DNA of 64,000 bases from Burkholderiales bacterium (GCA_036381895.1 DASVBY010000045.1:1981-65980); one strand, 5' to 3'. Counted from the first letter of the stretch, positions 1-9,525 are shown. A program made the numbers and translations. The notes: generated from the letters alone by a model not told the origin.

Positions 1-1206
1 CTGGGGCCGGACGAGCGGCTCCCCGACAAGCCGCAGTTCCGTGCCGATCCGCTTAACCTCTTCGTCGTGGTCGAGCTCGGCGACCACCATGTGACGATCC
101 TCGACGGCGACCGCTTCGTTCCGCTCGCGCGCTTTCCGACGCGCTTCGCGCTGCACGGCGGGCCCAAGTTCTCGCCCGACGGGCGCTACGTCTACTTCGC
201 TTCGCGTGACGGCTGGATCGCGAAGTACGACCTCTGGAACCTGCGCTACATCGCCGAGATCCGCGCCGGCATCAACACGCGCAATCTCGCCGTCTCGGCC
301 GACGGTCGCTACGTGATGGTGGCGAACTATCTGCCGCACACGCTGGTGGTGCTGGATGCGCGCGATCTCACGCCGCTCAGAGCGATCGCGGTCGTTGACG
401 ATGCCGGCCGCAGCTCGCGCGTATCCGCGGTGTACGACGCGGCGCCGCGCAAGAGCTTCGTCGCGGCGCTCAAGGACATCCCGGAGGTCTGGGAAATACC
501 GTACGACGACAAGGCGCCGCCGGTGTACGACGGCCTGGTGCACGACTACCGCCTCGGCGAGGCCCTCGCGGTCGCGGGCCCGTTTCCGGTCCGGCGTATC
601 CGGCTCGACGACTACATCGACGACTTCTTCTTCGACCGGAGCTATACGCATCTGATCGGCGCCGCGCGCGACGGCGACAAGGGGCAGGTGGTGAACCTCG
701 ACGTGCGCCGGCGCATCGCCACCGTCGATCTGCCGGGCATGCCGCATCTCGGCGCCGGCATCGTCTGGGACTACCAGGGCGTGCCCGTGCTCGCAACACC
801 CAACCTCAGGCGAAACACGATCTCGATCGTCGACATGCGATCGTGGAAGACCATCGGGCGCATCGAGACGCCCGGCCCCGGCTTCTTCCTGCGTTCGCAC
901 GAGAACACGCCGTATGCCTGGGCCGACAACATGATGGGCGCGCGGCGCGATACGCTGACGATCATCGACAAGCGCACGCTCGCGGTCGTACGGCAGCTGC
1001 GGCCGGCCCCGGGCAAGATCGCGGCGCATGTCGAGTTCACGCGCGACGGCCGGTACGCGCTGGTCTCCATATGGGAAATGGAAGGGGAGCTCGTCGTGTA
1101 CGACGCGGCCACGTTCGAGATAGTGAAGCGGCTTCCCATGCGCAAGCCTTCCGGCAAGTACAACGTCCACAACAAGATCACGCGCTCGGCCGGCACCAGT
1201 CATTGA
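1..1206 (+). CDS. cytochrome cd1 (heme d1) beta-propeller family protein, NirN/NirS-like, 3' part (5' end outside window)
   Basis: Frame 1 is open from base 1, so the ORF listed at 67 is only the inner part. It has repeated SxDGRY blade motifs. The C-terminus PSGKYNVHNKITRSAGTSH resembles NirS/NirN propellers more than NirF as I recall it. Recall-based only. Confidence 0.7.
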   Translation: MGPDERLPDKPQFRADPLNLFVVVELGDHHVTILDGDRFVPLARFPTRFALHGGPKFSPDGRYVYFASRDGWIAKYDLWNLRYIAEIRAGINTRNLAVSADGRYVMVANYLPHTLVVLDARDLTPLRAIAVVDDAGRSSRVSAVYDAAPRKSFVAALKDIPEVWEIPYDDKAPPVYDGLVHDYRLGEALAVAGPFPVRRIRLDDYIDDFFFDRSYTHLIGAARDGDKGQVVNLDVRRRIATVDLPGMPHLGAGIVWDYQGVPVLATPNLRRNTISIVDMRSWKTIGRIETPGPGFFLRSHENTPYAWADNMMGARRDTLTIIDKRTLAVVRQLRPAPGKIAAHVEFTRDGRYALVSIWEMEGELVVYDAATFEIVKRLPMRKPSGKYNVHNKITRSAGTSH

Positions 1207-1285
1207 GTCGCGGGGCGCTGCGGTTCCGTCTTGGGACGTCGTTGTTCGCGCCCAACCGTTCATTAGACAGCGCACCGCGCGCTGT

Positions 1286-1299
1286 TTGATCTGCGTCAA
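1286..1299. promoter_or_regulatory. FNR/Anr/Dnr-type box TTGATCTGCGTCAA upstream of ubiU
   Basis: 9/10 match to TTGAT-N4-ATCAA, in the 116-bp gap after the nirN-like stop. A TATGTT hexamer at 1322-1327 sits at the -10 position expected for a class II promoter. Confidence 0.6.
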
Positions 1300-1376
1300 A
1301 CGTTTCGACGCGGACCTGGCCTATGTTGGGGCGCATGGAAGCGCGCGTACCGGGTCCGAGCAGCGGCAGGCGGCGG

Positions 1377-2372
1377 GTGGAGCTCGTCTGTCCGGCGGGA
1401 CACCTGCCGGGGTTGAAGGCCGCCGTCGATAACGGCGCGGATGCCGTATATCTCGGTTTTCGCGACGGAACCAACGCGCGCAATTTCGCCGGGCTCAACT
1501 TCGCGCCCGACGAGATTCCCGCCGCCATCGACTACGCCCGTGCGCGCGGCGTGCGCGTCTTCCTGGCCATCAACACCTACCCGTCGCAAACGCAATGGCG
1601 GCAATGGTGCGCCGCGGTCGATGCTGCGGTGGCGCTCAGGGTCGACGCGCTGATCCTCGCGGACCTGGGGCTCTTGCGCTACTGCGCCGAGCGCCATCCG
1701 GCGCAGCGCCTGCATCTGTCCGTGCAGGCATCGGCCACCAATCACCAGGCAATCGGGTTCTATGCGCGCGAGTGCGGTATCCGCCGGGTGGTGCTGCCGC
1801 GGGTGCTCTCGCTCGCGCAGGTGCGCGCGGTCATCGAGCGCGTCGACGTGGAAGTCGAGGTATTCGGGTTCGGCAGCCTGTGCGTGATGGTGGAGGGCCG
1901 CTGCAGCCTCTCGGCCTATGCGACCGGCGAATCGCCGAACATGAGCGGCGTCTGCTCGCCGGCGAAGTCGGTGTCGTGGGAGGAAACGCCGGAGGGGCGG
2001 CGCGCGCGCCTGAACGGCCTGCTGGTGGACGTGTATCGAGGGACGGAGCGCGCGGGCTATCCGCAGCTCTGCAAGGGCCGGTTCGAGGTGCGCGGGCACA
2101 CGTTCTACGCGCTCGAGGAGCCGACCAGTCTCAACGTGCTCGACATCCTGCCGCAGCTCGTGGCTGCCGGCGTGGCGGCGATCAAAGTGGAAGGCCGCCA
2201 GCGCAGCCCAGCGTACGTGGCGCAGACGACGCGTGTGCTGCGCGCGGCGCTCGATGCCTGCCTGGCGGAGCCGGAGCGCTTTGCGGTGCGCGCCGAATGG
2301 GTCGCGGCGCTCGACCGGCTGTCCGAGGGCAGCTGCCACACGCTCGGCGCGTATCACCGTCCGTGGCAGTGA
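1377..2372 (+). CDS. ubiU: O2-independent ubiquinone hydroxylation protein UbiU (peptidase U32 family, Fe-S)
   Basis: VELVCPAGHLPGLKAAVDNGADAVYLGF aligns with the E. coli YhbU/UbiU N-terminus (MELLCPAG...). Conserved cysteines are present (FGSLC, EGRC, CSPA, LCKGR), and the C-terminus is LGAYHRPWQ. GTG 1377 was chosen by homology; in-frame ATGs at 1323 and 1335 are alternatives. Confidence 0.85.
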   Translation: MELVCPAGHLPGLKAAVDNGADAVYLGFRDGTNARNFAGLNFAPDEIPAAIDYARARGVRVFLAINTYPSQTQWRQWCAAVDAAVALRVDALILADLGLLRYCAERHPAQRLHLSVQASATNHQAIGFYARECGIRRVVLPRVLSLAQVRAVIERVDVEVEVFGFGSLCVMVEGRCSLSAYATGESPNMSGVCSPAKSVSWEETPEGRRARLNGLLVDVYRGTERAGYPQLCKGRFEVRGHTFYALEEPTSLNVLDILPQLVAAGVAAIKVEGRQRSPAYVAQTTRVLRAALDACLAEPERFAVRAEWVAALDRLSEGSCHTLGAYHRPWQ

Positions 2373-2401
2373 CGCACGCGCAGCAGCAAGGCGCCGGCGG
2401 C

Positions 2402-3295
2402 ATGCGGCTCGCCCTCGGGCCGATCCTCTACTTCTGGGAGCGGCGCGTGGTATTCGAGTTCTATCGCGCCGCGGCCGAATGGCCCGTCGACATCGTCTAC
2501 CTCGGCGAGACCGTATGCTCGAAACGGCGCGAGCTGCGCCGCGGGGACTGGCTCGCAATCGCCGCCGATCTCGCGGGCGCCGGCAAGGAGGTCGTGCTGT
2601 CGACGCTCGCGCTGCTGGAAGCGGAATCGGAGCTCTCCTACACGCAGCGTATCGTGGGCAACGGCACTTTCGCCATCGAGGCGAACGACATGGGCGCCGT
2701 CAACCTCGCTGCCGGGGGCACGCCGTTCGTGGCCGGGCCCGGCATCAACGTGTACAACGCCCACACCCTCGCGGTGCTCGCCCGCGCCGGGGCATACCGT
2801 TGGGTGGCGCCGGTCGAGCTCGAGCGCGCCGCGCTCGCGGCGCTGCTCGCCGCACGGCCGCAAGGGATGCAGGTTGAGGTCTACGCCTTCGGGCCGCTGC
2901 CGCTGTCGCATTCGGCGCGCTGCTTTACGGCGCGCGCACACAACCTGAGCAAGGACGAGTGCGGTTTCGTCTGCCGCGACTACCCGGCGGGTCTCCTGCT
3001 CTCGACCCAGGAGCAGGAGCCGTTCCTCAGGCTCAACGGGGTGCAGACCCTCTCGGCGCGCCTGTACGCGCTCGTGGGCGCGATCGGCGAGATGCGGGCG
3101 CTCGGCGTGGACGTGCTGCGCGTCGCGCCGCAGCCGGACGGCACCGAGGAGGTGGTGCGCACGTTTCGGGCGGCCCTGGCGGGCCAGATCGATGCGCACG
3201 CAGCGCTGCGGCAGCTGGCGCAGCATGCCCCGTACGGCTTGTGCAACGGGCACTGGTACGGCCAGGCCGGCATGGAGTGGGTGAACGACGGTTGA
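2402..3295 (+). CDS. ubiV: O2-independent ubiquinone hydroxylation protein UbiV (peptidase U32 family, Fe-S)
   Basis: MRLALGPILYFWERR, YLGETVCSKRR, VLSTLALLEAESEL and SARCFTAR..DECGFVCRDY match YhbV/UbiV. The gene starts 29 nt after the ubiU stop. Confidence 0.85.
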   Translation: MRLALGPILYFWERRVVFEFYRAAAEWPVDIVYLGETVCSKRRELRRGDWLAIAADLAGAGKEVVLSTLALLEAESELSYTQRIVGNGTFAIEANDMGAVNLAAGGTPFVAGPGINVYNAHTLAVLARAGAYRWVAPVELERAALAALLAARPQGMQVEVYAFGPLPLSHSARCFTARAHNLSKDECGFVCRDYPAGLLLSTQEQEPFLRLNGVQTLSARLYALVGAIGEMRALGVDVLRVAPQPDGTEEVVRTFRAALAGQIDAHAALRQLAQHAPYGLCNGHWYGQAGMEWVNDG

Positions 3296-3316
3296 AGCGC
3301 CGCCGGGGCGGGCGGC

Positions 3317-3811
3317 TCAGGCAGCGGAAGGGCGTCCGCACAGGCGCCGCGCGAGCGCCAGGACGGCATGTGCCAGCGGCGGCGGCAGCACCGCCCGCAG
3401 ATGCGCCGGCCAGTCGTACTCGATGCTGTCGAGCAGGTTCTTCAGGTGCACCCCCGTCTCGACGTCGCCTTCGATGCACAGGCGCCGCTGGAAGAAGAGC
3501 GTATCCGGATCCTCGGCGCGCGCGGCGAGCGCGCCGAAATCGCGCAGATCGCCCCGGATCGTGACCGTGCCCGTGCCGCGGGCGGGGACCAGCCGCCGGC
3601 CGCGTATCGCGAAGCAGAGCGTCAGCCCCGCATCCCGGATGTGGATCGCGACCGCGCGGCCCTCGAGCTCATCCAGGCGCTCGCGCAGCGGCTGGCCGCG
3701 GAGCAGGTGGTTGGCGGCCGCGGCGAGCGCACGGGCGTGCAGACCCGCCGGCAGCAGCCGCAGCGGCAGACGCAGGACGTCCAGGGGGCGAGGGCGCGAC
3801 ATCGGGCGCAT
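3317..3811 (-). CDS. ubiT: SCP2-domain ubiquinone biosynthesis accessory protein UbiT (YhbT-like)
   Basis: DPDTLFFQRRLCIEGDVETGVHLKNLLD is the SCP2 signature of YhbT/UbiT. Start is ATG 3811, with ATG 3802 as an alternative. The ORF-track start at 3850 would overlap the FNR box. Confidence 0.75.
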   Translation of the reverse strand: MRPMSRPRPLDVLRLPLRLLPAGLHARALAAAANHLLRGQPLRERLDELEGRAVAIHIRDAGLTLCFAIRGRRLVPARGTGTVTIRGDLRDFGALAARAEDPDTLFFQRRLCIEGDVETGVHLKNLLDSIEYDWPAHLRAVLPPPLAHAVLALARRLCGRPSAA

Positions 3812-3836
3812 CGTAGGGGCGCCTGCGCGCGGATCA

Positions 3837-3850
3837 TTGACGTGGGTCAA
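3837..3850. promoter_or_regulatory. FNR/Anr/Dnr-type box TTGACGTGGGTCAA between divergent ubiT and ubiD
   Basis: Perfect palindrome TTGAC-N4-GTCAA in the 74-bp divergent intergenic region. TAGAGT at 3873-3878 (+) and TACGAT (revcomp of 3810-3815) lie at -10 positions for class II promoters in each direction. Confidence 0.6.
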
Positions 3851-3885
3851 GTAACGGCAGGCGCCCGGTGGCTAGAGTGGCGGGC

Positions 3886-5382
3886 ATGGTTTACCGGAGC
3901 CTGGGCGACTTCGTCGCCGATCTCGAACGCCGCGGCGAGCTGAAGCGTACGGCCATCCCGATCGATCCGGTACTCGAGGTCACCGAGGTGTGCCAGCGTG
4001 CGCTGCGCGCCGGGGGACCGGCGCTCCTGTTCGAGCGGCCGCGCGGCGCACGCATCCCGCTCCTCGGCAACCTTTTCGGTTCGAGCCGGCGCATCGCGCT
4101 CGCGCTCGGCCGGGAATCCGTGGCCGAGCTGCGCGAGGTGGGGCAGATGCTGGCGTTCCTGCGCGAGCCGCAGGTTCCGCGCAACCTGCGCGAAGCCCTG
4201 CGCACGCTGCCCGATTTCCGCCAGCTCCTCTATTTCAATCCGCGGCTGCTCGACGATGCGCCGTGCCGCGAGTGCGTCATGGAGGGGTCGGAGGTGGATA
4301 TCGGTACGCTGCCGGTTCCGCAGTGCTGGCCGGACGACGCCGGGCGGCTCATCACGTTCGGGCTCGTCATCACCAAGGGGCCGCACAAGGAGCGGCAGAA
4401 CATCGGGATCTACCGGCAGCAGCTGCTCGAGCGCAACAAGGTGATCATGCGCTGGCTGCCGCACCGCGGCGGCGCGCTCGACTTCCGCGAGTTCCAGAAG
4501 GCGCATCCCGGCGAGCCGTTCCCGGTGGCGGTGGTCATCGGCGCCGACCCGGCGACGCTGCTCGCGGCCGTCACCCCCATACCGGACACGCTCTCGGAGT
4601 TCGAGTTCGCCGGCCTGCTGCGCGGCGAGCGCAGCGACGTGATACCCGATCGCTCGGGGAGGCTGTGGCTCCCCGCGAGCGCGGAGATCGTGCTCGAAGG
4701 CTTCATCTATCCGGGGGAGACGGCGCTCGAGGGTCCGTTCGGGGACCATACCGGCTACTACAACGCGCAGGACACGTTCCCCGTCTTCACCATCGAGCGG
4801 ATCACGCATCGCGCGCGGCCGATCTATCACTCGAGCTACATGGGACGCTCCCCGTACGACGAACCCTCGGTCCTCGCGGTGGCGCTGAACGAGGTGTTCG
4901 TTCCGATACTGCAGAAGCAGTTCCCCGAGATCGTCGATTTCTACCTGCCGCCGGAAGCGTGCTCGTACCGCGTCGCCTGCGTCAGCATCCGCAAGCGCTA
5001 TCCGGGCCACGCGCGGCGCATCATGTTCGGCATCTGGTCGTACCTGCAGCAGTTCACCTATACCAAGTTCGTGATCGTCACCGACGACGACATCAACGTG
5101 CGCGACTGGCGCGACGTGATGTGGGCGCTCTCCACCCGCGTCGATCCCGCGCGCGACACGCTGATCGTCGAGAACACCCCGATCGATTACCTCGATTTCG
5201 CGAGCCCTGCGCCGTCGCTCGGCGGCAAGATCGGGTTCGATGCGACCAACAAGTGGGCGCAGGAGACGACCCGCACGTGGGGGCGGCCGATCGCGATGAG
5301 CGAAGAGGTGCGGCGGCGCGTGGACGCGCTGTGGCCGAAGCTCGGCATCGATTCGCCGCTTCGTCCGCGGAAGGTGCAATGA
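3886..5382 (+). CDS. ubiD: 4-hydroxy-3-polyprenylbenzoate decarboxylase UbiD
   Basis: [35 protein letters not shown]...[12 protein letters not shown] matches the UbiD N-terminus. Full length is about 498 aa. GTG 3868 is an alternative start. Confidence 0.9.
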   Translation: MVYRSLGDFVADLERRGELKRTAIPIDPVLEVTEVCQRALRAGGPALLFERPRGARIPLLGNLFGSSRRIALALGRESVAELREVGQMLAFLREPQVPRNLREALRTLPDFRQLLYFNPRLLDDAPCRECVMEGSEVDIGTLPVPQCWPDDAGRLITFGLVITKGPHKERQNIGIYRQQLLERNKVIMRWLPHRGGALDFREFQKAHPGEPFPVAVVIGADPATLLAAVTPIPDTLSEFEFAGLLRGERSDVIPDRSGRLWLPASAEIVLEGFIYPGETALEGPFGDHTGYYNAQDTFPVFTIERITHRARPIYHSSYMGRSPYDEPSVLAVALNEVFVPILQKQFPEIVDFYLPPEACSYRVACVSIRKRYPGHARRIMFGIWSYLQQFTYTKFVIVTDDDINVRDWRDVMWALSTRVDPARDTLIVENTPIDYLDFASPAPSLGGKIGFDATNKWAQETTRTWGRPIAMSEEVRRRVDALWPKLGIDSPLRPRKVQ

Positions 5383-6773
5383 TGACGTCCCAGGCGATTG
5401 TCTTCGACGAGGCGCTGATACGCCGCTACGACGGCACCGGACCGCGGTACACCTCGTATCCGACCGCGGTGCAGTTCAACGGGGGTTTCGGCGAGGCCGA
5501 GTATCGCGCGGCGGCGGCGCAGAGCGGCGCCGAAGGGAAGGGCGCACCGCTCTCGCTCTACGTGCACCTGCCGTTCTGCGCCACAGTCTGCTTCTATTGC
5601 GCGTGCAACAAGATCATCACGAAGAACCGCAGGCGTGCCGCGCCCTATCTCGAGGCGCTGCACCGCGAGATCGCCCTGCAGGCGGCGCTGTTCGGGCGCG
5701 AGCGCCCGGTCGAGCAGCTGCACTGGGGCGGCGGTACGCCGACGTTCATCTCGCACGACGAAATGCGCGCGCTCATGGGCGCGCTGCGGCGCGCGTTCCG
5801 CCTGCGCGACGACGACGGCGGCGACTACTCGATCGAGATCGACCCGCGCGAGATCCGCGCCGGTACGCTCGAGCTCCTGCGCGAGCTCGGTTTCAACCGG
5901 TTGTCCATGGGAGTGCAGGACTTCGATCCCGCGGTGCAGCGCGCCGTCAACCGGATCCAGAGCGAGGAGCAGACGCTGAGCGTGCTGCACGCCGCGCGTG
6001 CGCTCGGATTCCGCTCGATCAACATGGATCTCATCTACGGCCTGCCGCGGCAGACGGTCGAGAGCTTCGGGCGCACGCTGGAGCGCGTGGTCGCCGCCGC
6101 ACCGGACCGGCTGTCGGTCTTCAGCTACGCCCACATGCCGGCGCTCTTCAAGACGCAGCGTCAGATCAGGTCCGAAGAGCTGCCTTCGGCCGCCGTAAAG
6201 CTCGAGATCCTGCGCCTCACCATCGAGCGCCTTACCCGCGCAGGATATGTTTATATAGGTATGGACCACTTCGCGCGACCGGACGACGAGCTCGCACAGG
6301 CGCAGCGCCGCGGTACGCTGCACCGCAACTTCCAGGGATACTCGACGCACGCCGACTGCGATCTCGTCGGCCTCGGGATCACCGCCATCGGCCGGGTCGG
6401 CGATACCTACAGCCAGAACGCGAAGACCATCGACGCGTACGACGCCGCGCTTCGCGCGGGGCGCCTGCCGATATTTCGCGGCATCGCGCTCGATGCGGAC
6501 GATCGCCTGCGCCGGCGCGTCATCATGGGGTTGATCTGCGACTTTTTCCTCGATCGGCGCTGCGTCGAAGCCGCGTACGGAATCGAGTTCGAGGACTATT
6601 TCCGCACCGAGCTCGCCGAGCTCCGCGCGATGGAGCGCGACGGACTGATTCGCGTCACGGACGAGCGGCTCGAGGTGCTGCCGCGCGGACGGCTGCTGAT
6701 CCGCAACATCTGCATGGTGTTCGACCGCTACCTGCGCGAGCAGCGGGCCGGCGCGTATTCCCGCGTCATATGA
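5379..6773 (+). CDS. hemN: oxygen-independent coproporphyrinogen III oxidase HemN (radical SAM)
   Basis: Carries the radical-SAM CxxxCxxC motif ([13 protein letters not shown]) plus YTSYPTA and HWGGGTPTF motifs, and is about 464 aa. ATG 5379 overlaps the ubiD stop (ATGA). Confidence 0.9.
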   Translation: MMTSQAIVFDEALIRRYDGTGPRYTSYPTAVQFNGGFGEAEYRAAAAQSGAEGKGAPLSLYVHLPFCATVCFYCACNKIITKNRRRAAPYLEALHREIALQAALFGRERPVEQLHWGGGTPTFISHDEMRALMGALRRAFRLRDDDGGDYSIEIDPREIRAGTLELLRELGFNRLSMGVQDFDPAVQRAVNRIQSEEQTLSVLHAARALGFRSINMDLIYGLPRQTVESFGRTLERVVAAAPDRLSVFSYAHMPALFKTQRQIRSEELPSAAVKLEILRLTIERLTRAGYVYIGMDHFARPDDELAQAQRRGTLHRNFQGYSTHADCDLVGLGITAIGRVGDTYSQNAKTIDAYDAALRAGRLPIFRGIALDADDRLRRRVIMGLICDFFLDRRCVEAAYGIEFEDYFRTELAELRAMERDGLIRVTDERLEVLPRGRLLIRNICMVFDRYLREQRAGAYSRVI

Positions 6774-6886
6774 GTCGCCGCGGAACGCGCTCATCGAGCT
6801 GTCTCGGGCTTCGTCGGATGCGGATGAACCCCCGATCTCGCCGACATCGGCGGGTACACGTATATCTACTGGAGGAGCATGCGGCA

Positions 6887-7060
6887 ATGATGCGCGCGAT
6901 GCCCGACATGAAGCACGTCGAGCCGAACGGGGCCACGGTGCGTCCGGGGAAACGCGGCGGGTTGATCTGGCAGTTCGACGAAGCCGGCGTCGTCGATTTC
7001 GCGTGCCTCGTGCCCGGACATTTCGAGGCGGGCATGGTCGGGCGCATCGAAGTCGAGTAG
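6887..7060 (+). pseudogene. C-terminal remnant of a periplasmic cupredoxin (plastocyanin/azurin-like copper-binding protein)
   Basis: MPDMKHVEPNGATVRPGKRGGLIWQFDEAGVVDFACLVPGHFEAGMVGRIEVE matches the last ~60 aa of the cupredoxins often encoded next to copper ATPases (Cys-x3-His-x4-Met loop). No signal peptide or N-terminal half exists in any frame between the hemN stop (6773) and 6887. Confidence 0.5.
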
Positions 7061-7272
7061 GACCGGCGGATCGGCCTGCTCCCGCGGGCCGGTCTGCCTT
7101 TTTACCGGGCATGGGCGCCGACATGCGCCGCCGGCAAGCGGCACCCCGGCCCGCTTTCGGGGCCGTGCGCCGTGCGGCCGTGCTTTCAGCCGTCCGGCCG
7201 GCTGGTTAGGCTGGGGACCATAGGCGATTTCGGACGGCGGCCATAGGGCTGCAGCACCCGACGAGGTGAAGC

Positions 7273-9339
7273 ATGCGGCACGAACACGGCACGGAGCCCG
7301 CGGCCACCGGGCAGGCGCACGACCACTCGGCGATGGTGGGGGAGTATCGCCGGCGCTTCGGCGTATCGGTCGTATTGACCGTTCCCGTCCTGCTCCTTGC
7401 GGGAAGCTTCTGGGAGCTTTTCGGTCTGCGGGCGCCGGTGCGCTTCCCGGGCGCGCACTACGTCTCGTTCGCGCTCGCGAGCATCATCTATTTCTACGGC
7501 GGATGGCCTTTCCTCGCGGGATCTGTCGGCGAACTGCGCCGGCGGCTGCCCGGCATGATGACGCTCGTCGCCGTCGCCATCACCGCGGCCTACGTTTACT
7601 CGACCGCTGTGGCTTTCGGTCTGCCCGGCATGGGCTTCTACTGGGAGCTCGCCACCCTGATCGATGTCATGCTGCTCGGGCATTGGCTCGAGATGCGTTC
7701 GGTCATGGGCGCGTCGAGTGCGCTCGAGGCGCTGGTGCGGCTGCTGCCGTCGGAGGCCCACCGGTTGCGGCCCGACGGCAGCACCGAAGAGGTGCCGATC
7801 GCCGCGCTGCGCGTGGGCGAGCGCGTGCTGGTGAAGCCGGGCGAGCGGGTGCCGACCGACGGGTTGATCGTGTCCGGCCGCAGCGCGATGGACGAGTCCA
7901 TGCTCACCGGGGAATCGAAGCCGGTCGACAAGCGCGAGGGGATGCGCGCGATCGCGGGCGCCGTGAACGGCGAAGGCGCGCTCATCCTGCGGATCGAGAA
8001 GACCGGCAGCGAAACCTATCTCGCGCAGGTGATGAACATGGTGCGGGCAGCGCAGGAGTCGCGCTCGCGCACCCAGGATCTCGCCAACCGCGCGGCCGTC
8101 TGGCTCACCCTGGTAGCGCTCGGCGGCGGCGCGCTCACGTTCCTCGCGTGGCTGACGTTCGGTCGGGACATCGATTTCGCGGTCGAGCGCTCGGTTACCG
8201 TCATGGTCATCGCCTGTCCGCACGCGCTCGGGCTCGCGGTGCCGCTCGTCGTCGCGGTCAGCACCGGCCTCTCGGCCGGCCACGGCCTCCTCATTCGCGA
8301 CCGCGCCGCGTTCGAGCGCGCACGCCATCTCCGGGCCGTCGTCTTCGACAAGACCGGCACGCTGACCGAGGGGCGCTTCGGCGTCACGGACATCGTGCCC
8401 CTTGCGGATCGAACGGAAGACGAATGTCTGCGGTTCGCCGCCGCGCTCGAAAGCCGGTCGGAGCACCCGATCGCACGAGGCGTCACGCGCGCCGCGCGCG
8501 AGCGCGGGATGGTGCTGCCGCCGGTGGAGCGGTTCCGCAACCTCACCGGCCGCGGGGCCGAGGCGATGATCGAGGGCCGCCGGGTCCTGGTCGTGAGCCC
8601 GGGGTACGCGCGCGAGCACGGACTGGCGACGACGAACGCGCGCATCGCGCGACTCGAGGAGGAAGGAAAGACGACGGTGTACCTGGTCGTCGATGGCGTT
8701 GCGGCCGCGGTGATCGGGCTCGCCGACATCGTGCGGCCCGAAGCGCGCGGCGCGATCGAGCGTCTGAAAACGATGGGCATGCAGTGCATGATGCTCACCG
8801 GGGACTCCCGGGCGGTGGCGGCCGCGGTCGCGGGGCAGCTCGGTCTCGACGACTATTTCGCCGAGGTCCTGCCCGATCAGAAGGCGGAAAGGATCAAGGC
8901 GGTGCAGGCGCGCGGGCTGACGGTCGCGATGGTCGGGGACGGGGTGAACGACGCGCCGGCCCTGGTCCAGTCCGATCTCGGCATCGCCATCGGCGCCGGT
9001 ACCGACGTGGCGATCGAGTCGGCGGACGTGGTGCTCGTGCGCAGCGATCCGAGCGATGTGGCCGCAATCCTCGACCTCGCGCGCGCGACTTATAAGAAGA
9101 TGGTGCAGAACCTGCTCTGGGCGACCGGGTACAACGCCGTTGCCATCCCCCTCGCGGCCGGCATCGCCGCACCCTGGGGCATCCTGCTCACGCCCGCCGC
9201 GGGTGCGGTGCTCATGTCCGTGAGCACCGTCATCGTGGCGATCAACGCGCGGCTCCTTGCGGTGGAAGGCGCGGACGATCGCGGTCGCGTGCGGCAAGCC
9301 CCGGCAGCGCGCTTGCCTGCCGGCACCGGCTGTCTATAG
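7273..9339 (+). CDS. copB: copper-translocating P1B-3 (CopB-type) P-type ATPase
   Basis: Has DKTGTLT, TGES and GDGVNDAP motifs. The transmembrane motifs are CPH (VIACPHALGLAVP), YN (GYNAVAIP) and MSVST. There is no N-terminal CxxC heavy-metal-associated domain, only a short His-containing N-terminus. Confidence 0.85.
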   Translation: MRHEHGTEPAATGQAHDHSAMVGEYRRRFGVSVVLTVPVLLLAGSFWELFGLRAPVRFPGAHYVSFALASIIYFYGGWPFLAGSVGELRRRLPGMMTLVAVAITAAYVYSTAVAFGLPGMGFYWELATLIDVMLLGHWLEMRSVMGASSALEALVRLLPSEAHRLRPDGSTEEVPIAALRVGERVLVKPGERVPTDGLIVSGRSAMDESMLTGESKPVDKREGMRAIAGAVNGEGALILRIEKTGSETYLAQVMNMVRAAQESRSRTQDLANRAAVWLTLVALGGGALTFLAWLTFGRDIDFAVERSVTVMVIACPHALGLAVPLVVAVSTGLSAGHGLLIRDRAAFERARHLRAVVFDKTGTLTEGRFGVTDIVPLADRTEDECLRFAAALESRSEHPIARGVTRAARERGMVLPPVERFRNLTGRGAEAMIEGRRVLVVSPGYAREHGLATTNARIARLEEEGKTTVYLVVDGVAAAVIGLADIVRPEARGAIERLKTMGMQCMMLTGDSRAVAAAVAGQLGLDDYFAEVLPDQKAERIKAVQARGLTVAMVGDGVNDAPALVQSDLGIAIGAGTDVAIESADVVLVRSDPSDVAAILDLARATYKKMVQNLLWATGYNAVAIPLAAGIAAPWGILLTPAAGAVLMSVSTVIVAINARLLAVEGADDRGRVRQAPAARLPAGTGCL

Positions 9340-9370
9340 TCAGAGTTAAAAAAAACGATTCGTCCTCGAA

Positions 9371-9399
9371 GCTCCGCGCGGCAGGGGTGCGCGCGGAGC
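9371..9399 (+). terminator. GC-rich hairpin downstream of copB (10-bp stem, 9-nt loop)
   Basis: GCTCCGCGCG-gcaggggtg-CGCGCGGAGC is perfectly complementary and lies 32 nt after the copB stop. No U-tract follows, so terminator function is an inference. Confidence 0.35.
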
Positions 9400-9525
9400 G
9401 GCACCCGCGTTCCGCGGGTCGTTGCTCGAGCTCATACCGGGTTCAACCGGCGGCGTCCCGCAAGGGAGCGCCGAGCCGTGCGCTCGACGACGCAGGCAGG
9501 TCCTCGTTCGCAACAGGAGACGGGT

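Noticed and set aside
1296-2558. 420-aa minus-strand ORF
   Set aside because: It is antisense to the well-supported ubiU. Its Arg/Ala/Pro-rich low-complexity translation is typical of spurious ORFs in GC-rich DNA.
3990-6773. 927-aa plus-strand ORF
   Set aside because: Only the part from ATG 5379 is HemN. The upstream 460 aa are an out-of-frame read through ubiD with Arg/Ala-rich junk composition.
7061-7103. Possible rho-independent terminator after the cupredoxin remnant (GACCGGC...GCCGGTC followed by TTTTT)
   Set aside because: The stem is only 7 bp with a 20-nt loop, which is too weak to report as a feature without a folding calculation.
7218-7247. Direct repeat CCATAGG x2, 23 bp apart, upstream of copB, considered as a CopR/CueR-type site
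   Set aside because: It is only 7 bp, has no dyad symmetry, and does not resemble MerR- or CopR-type boxes I know. It could be chance.
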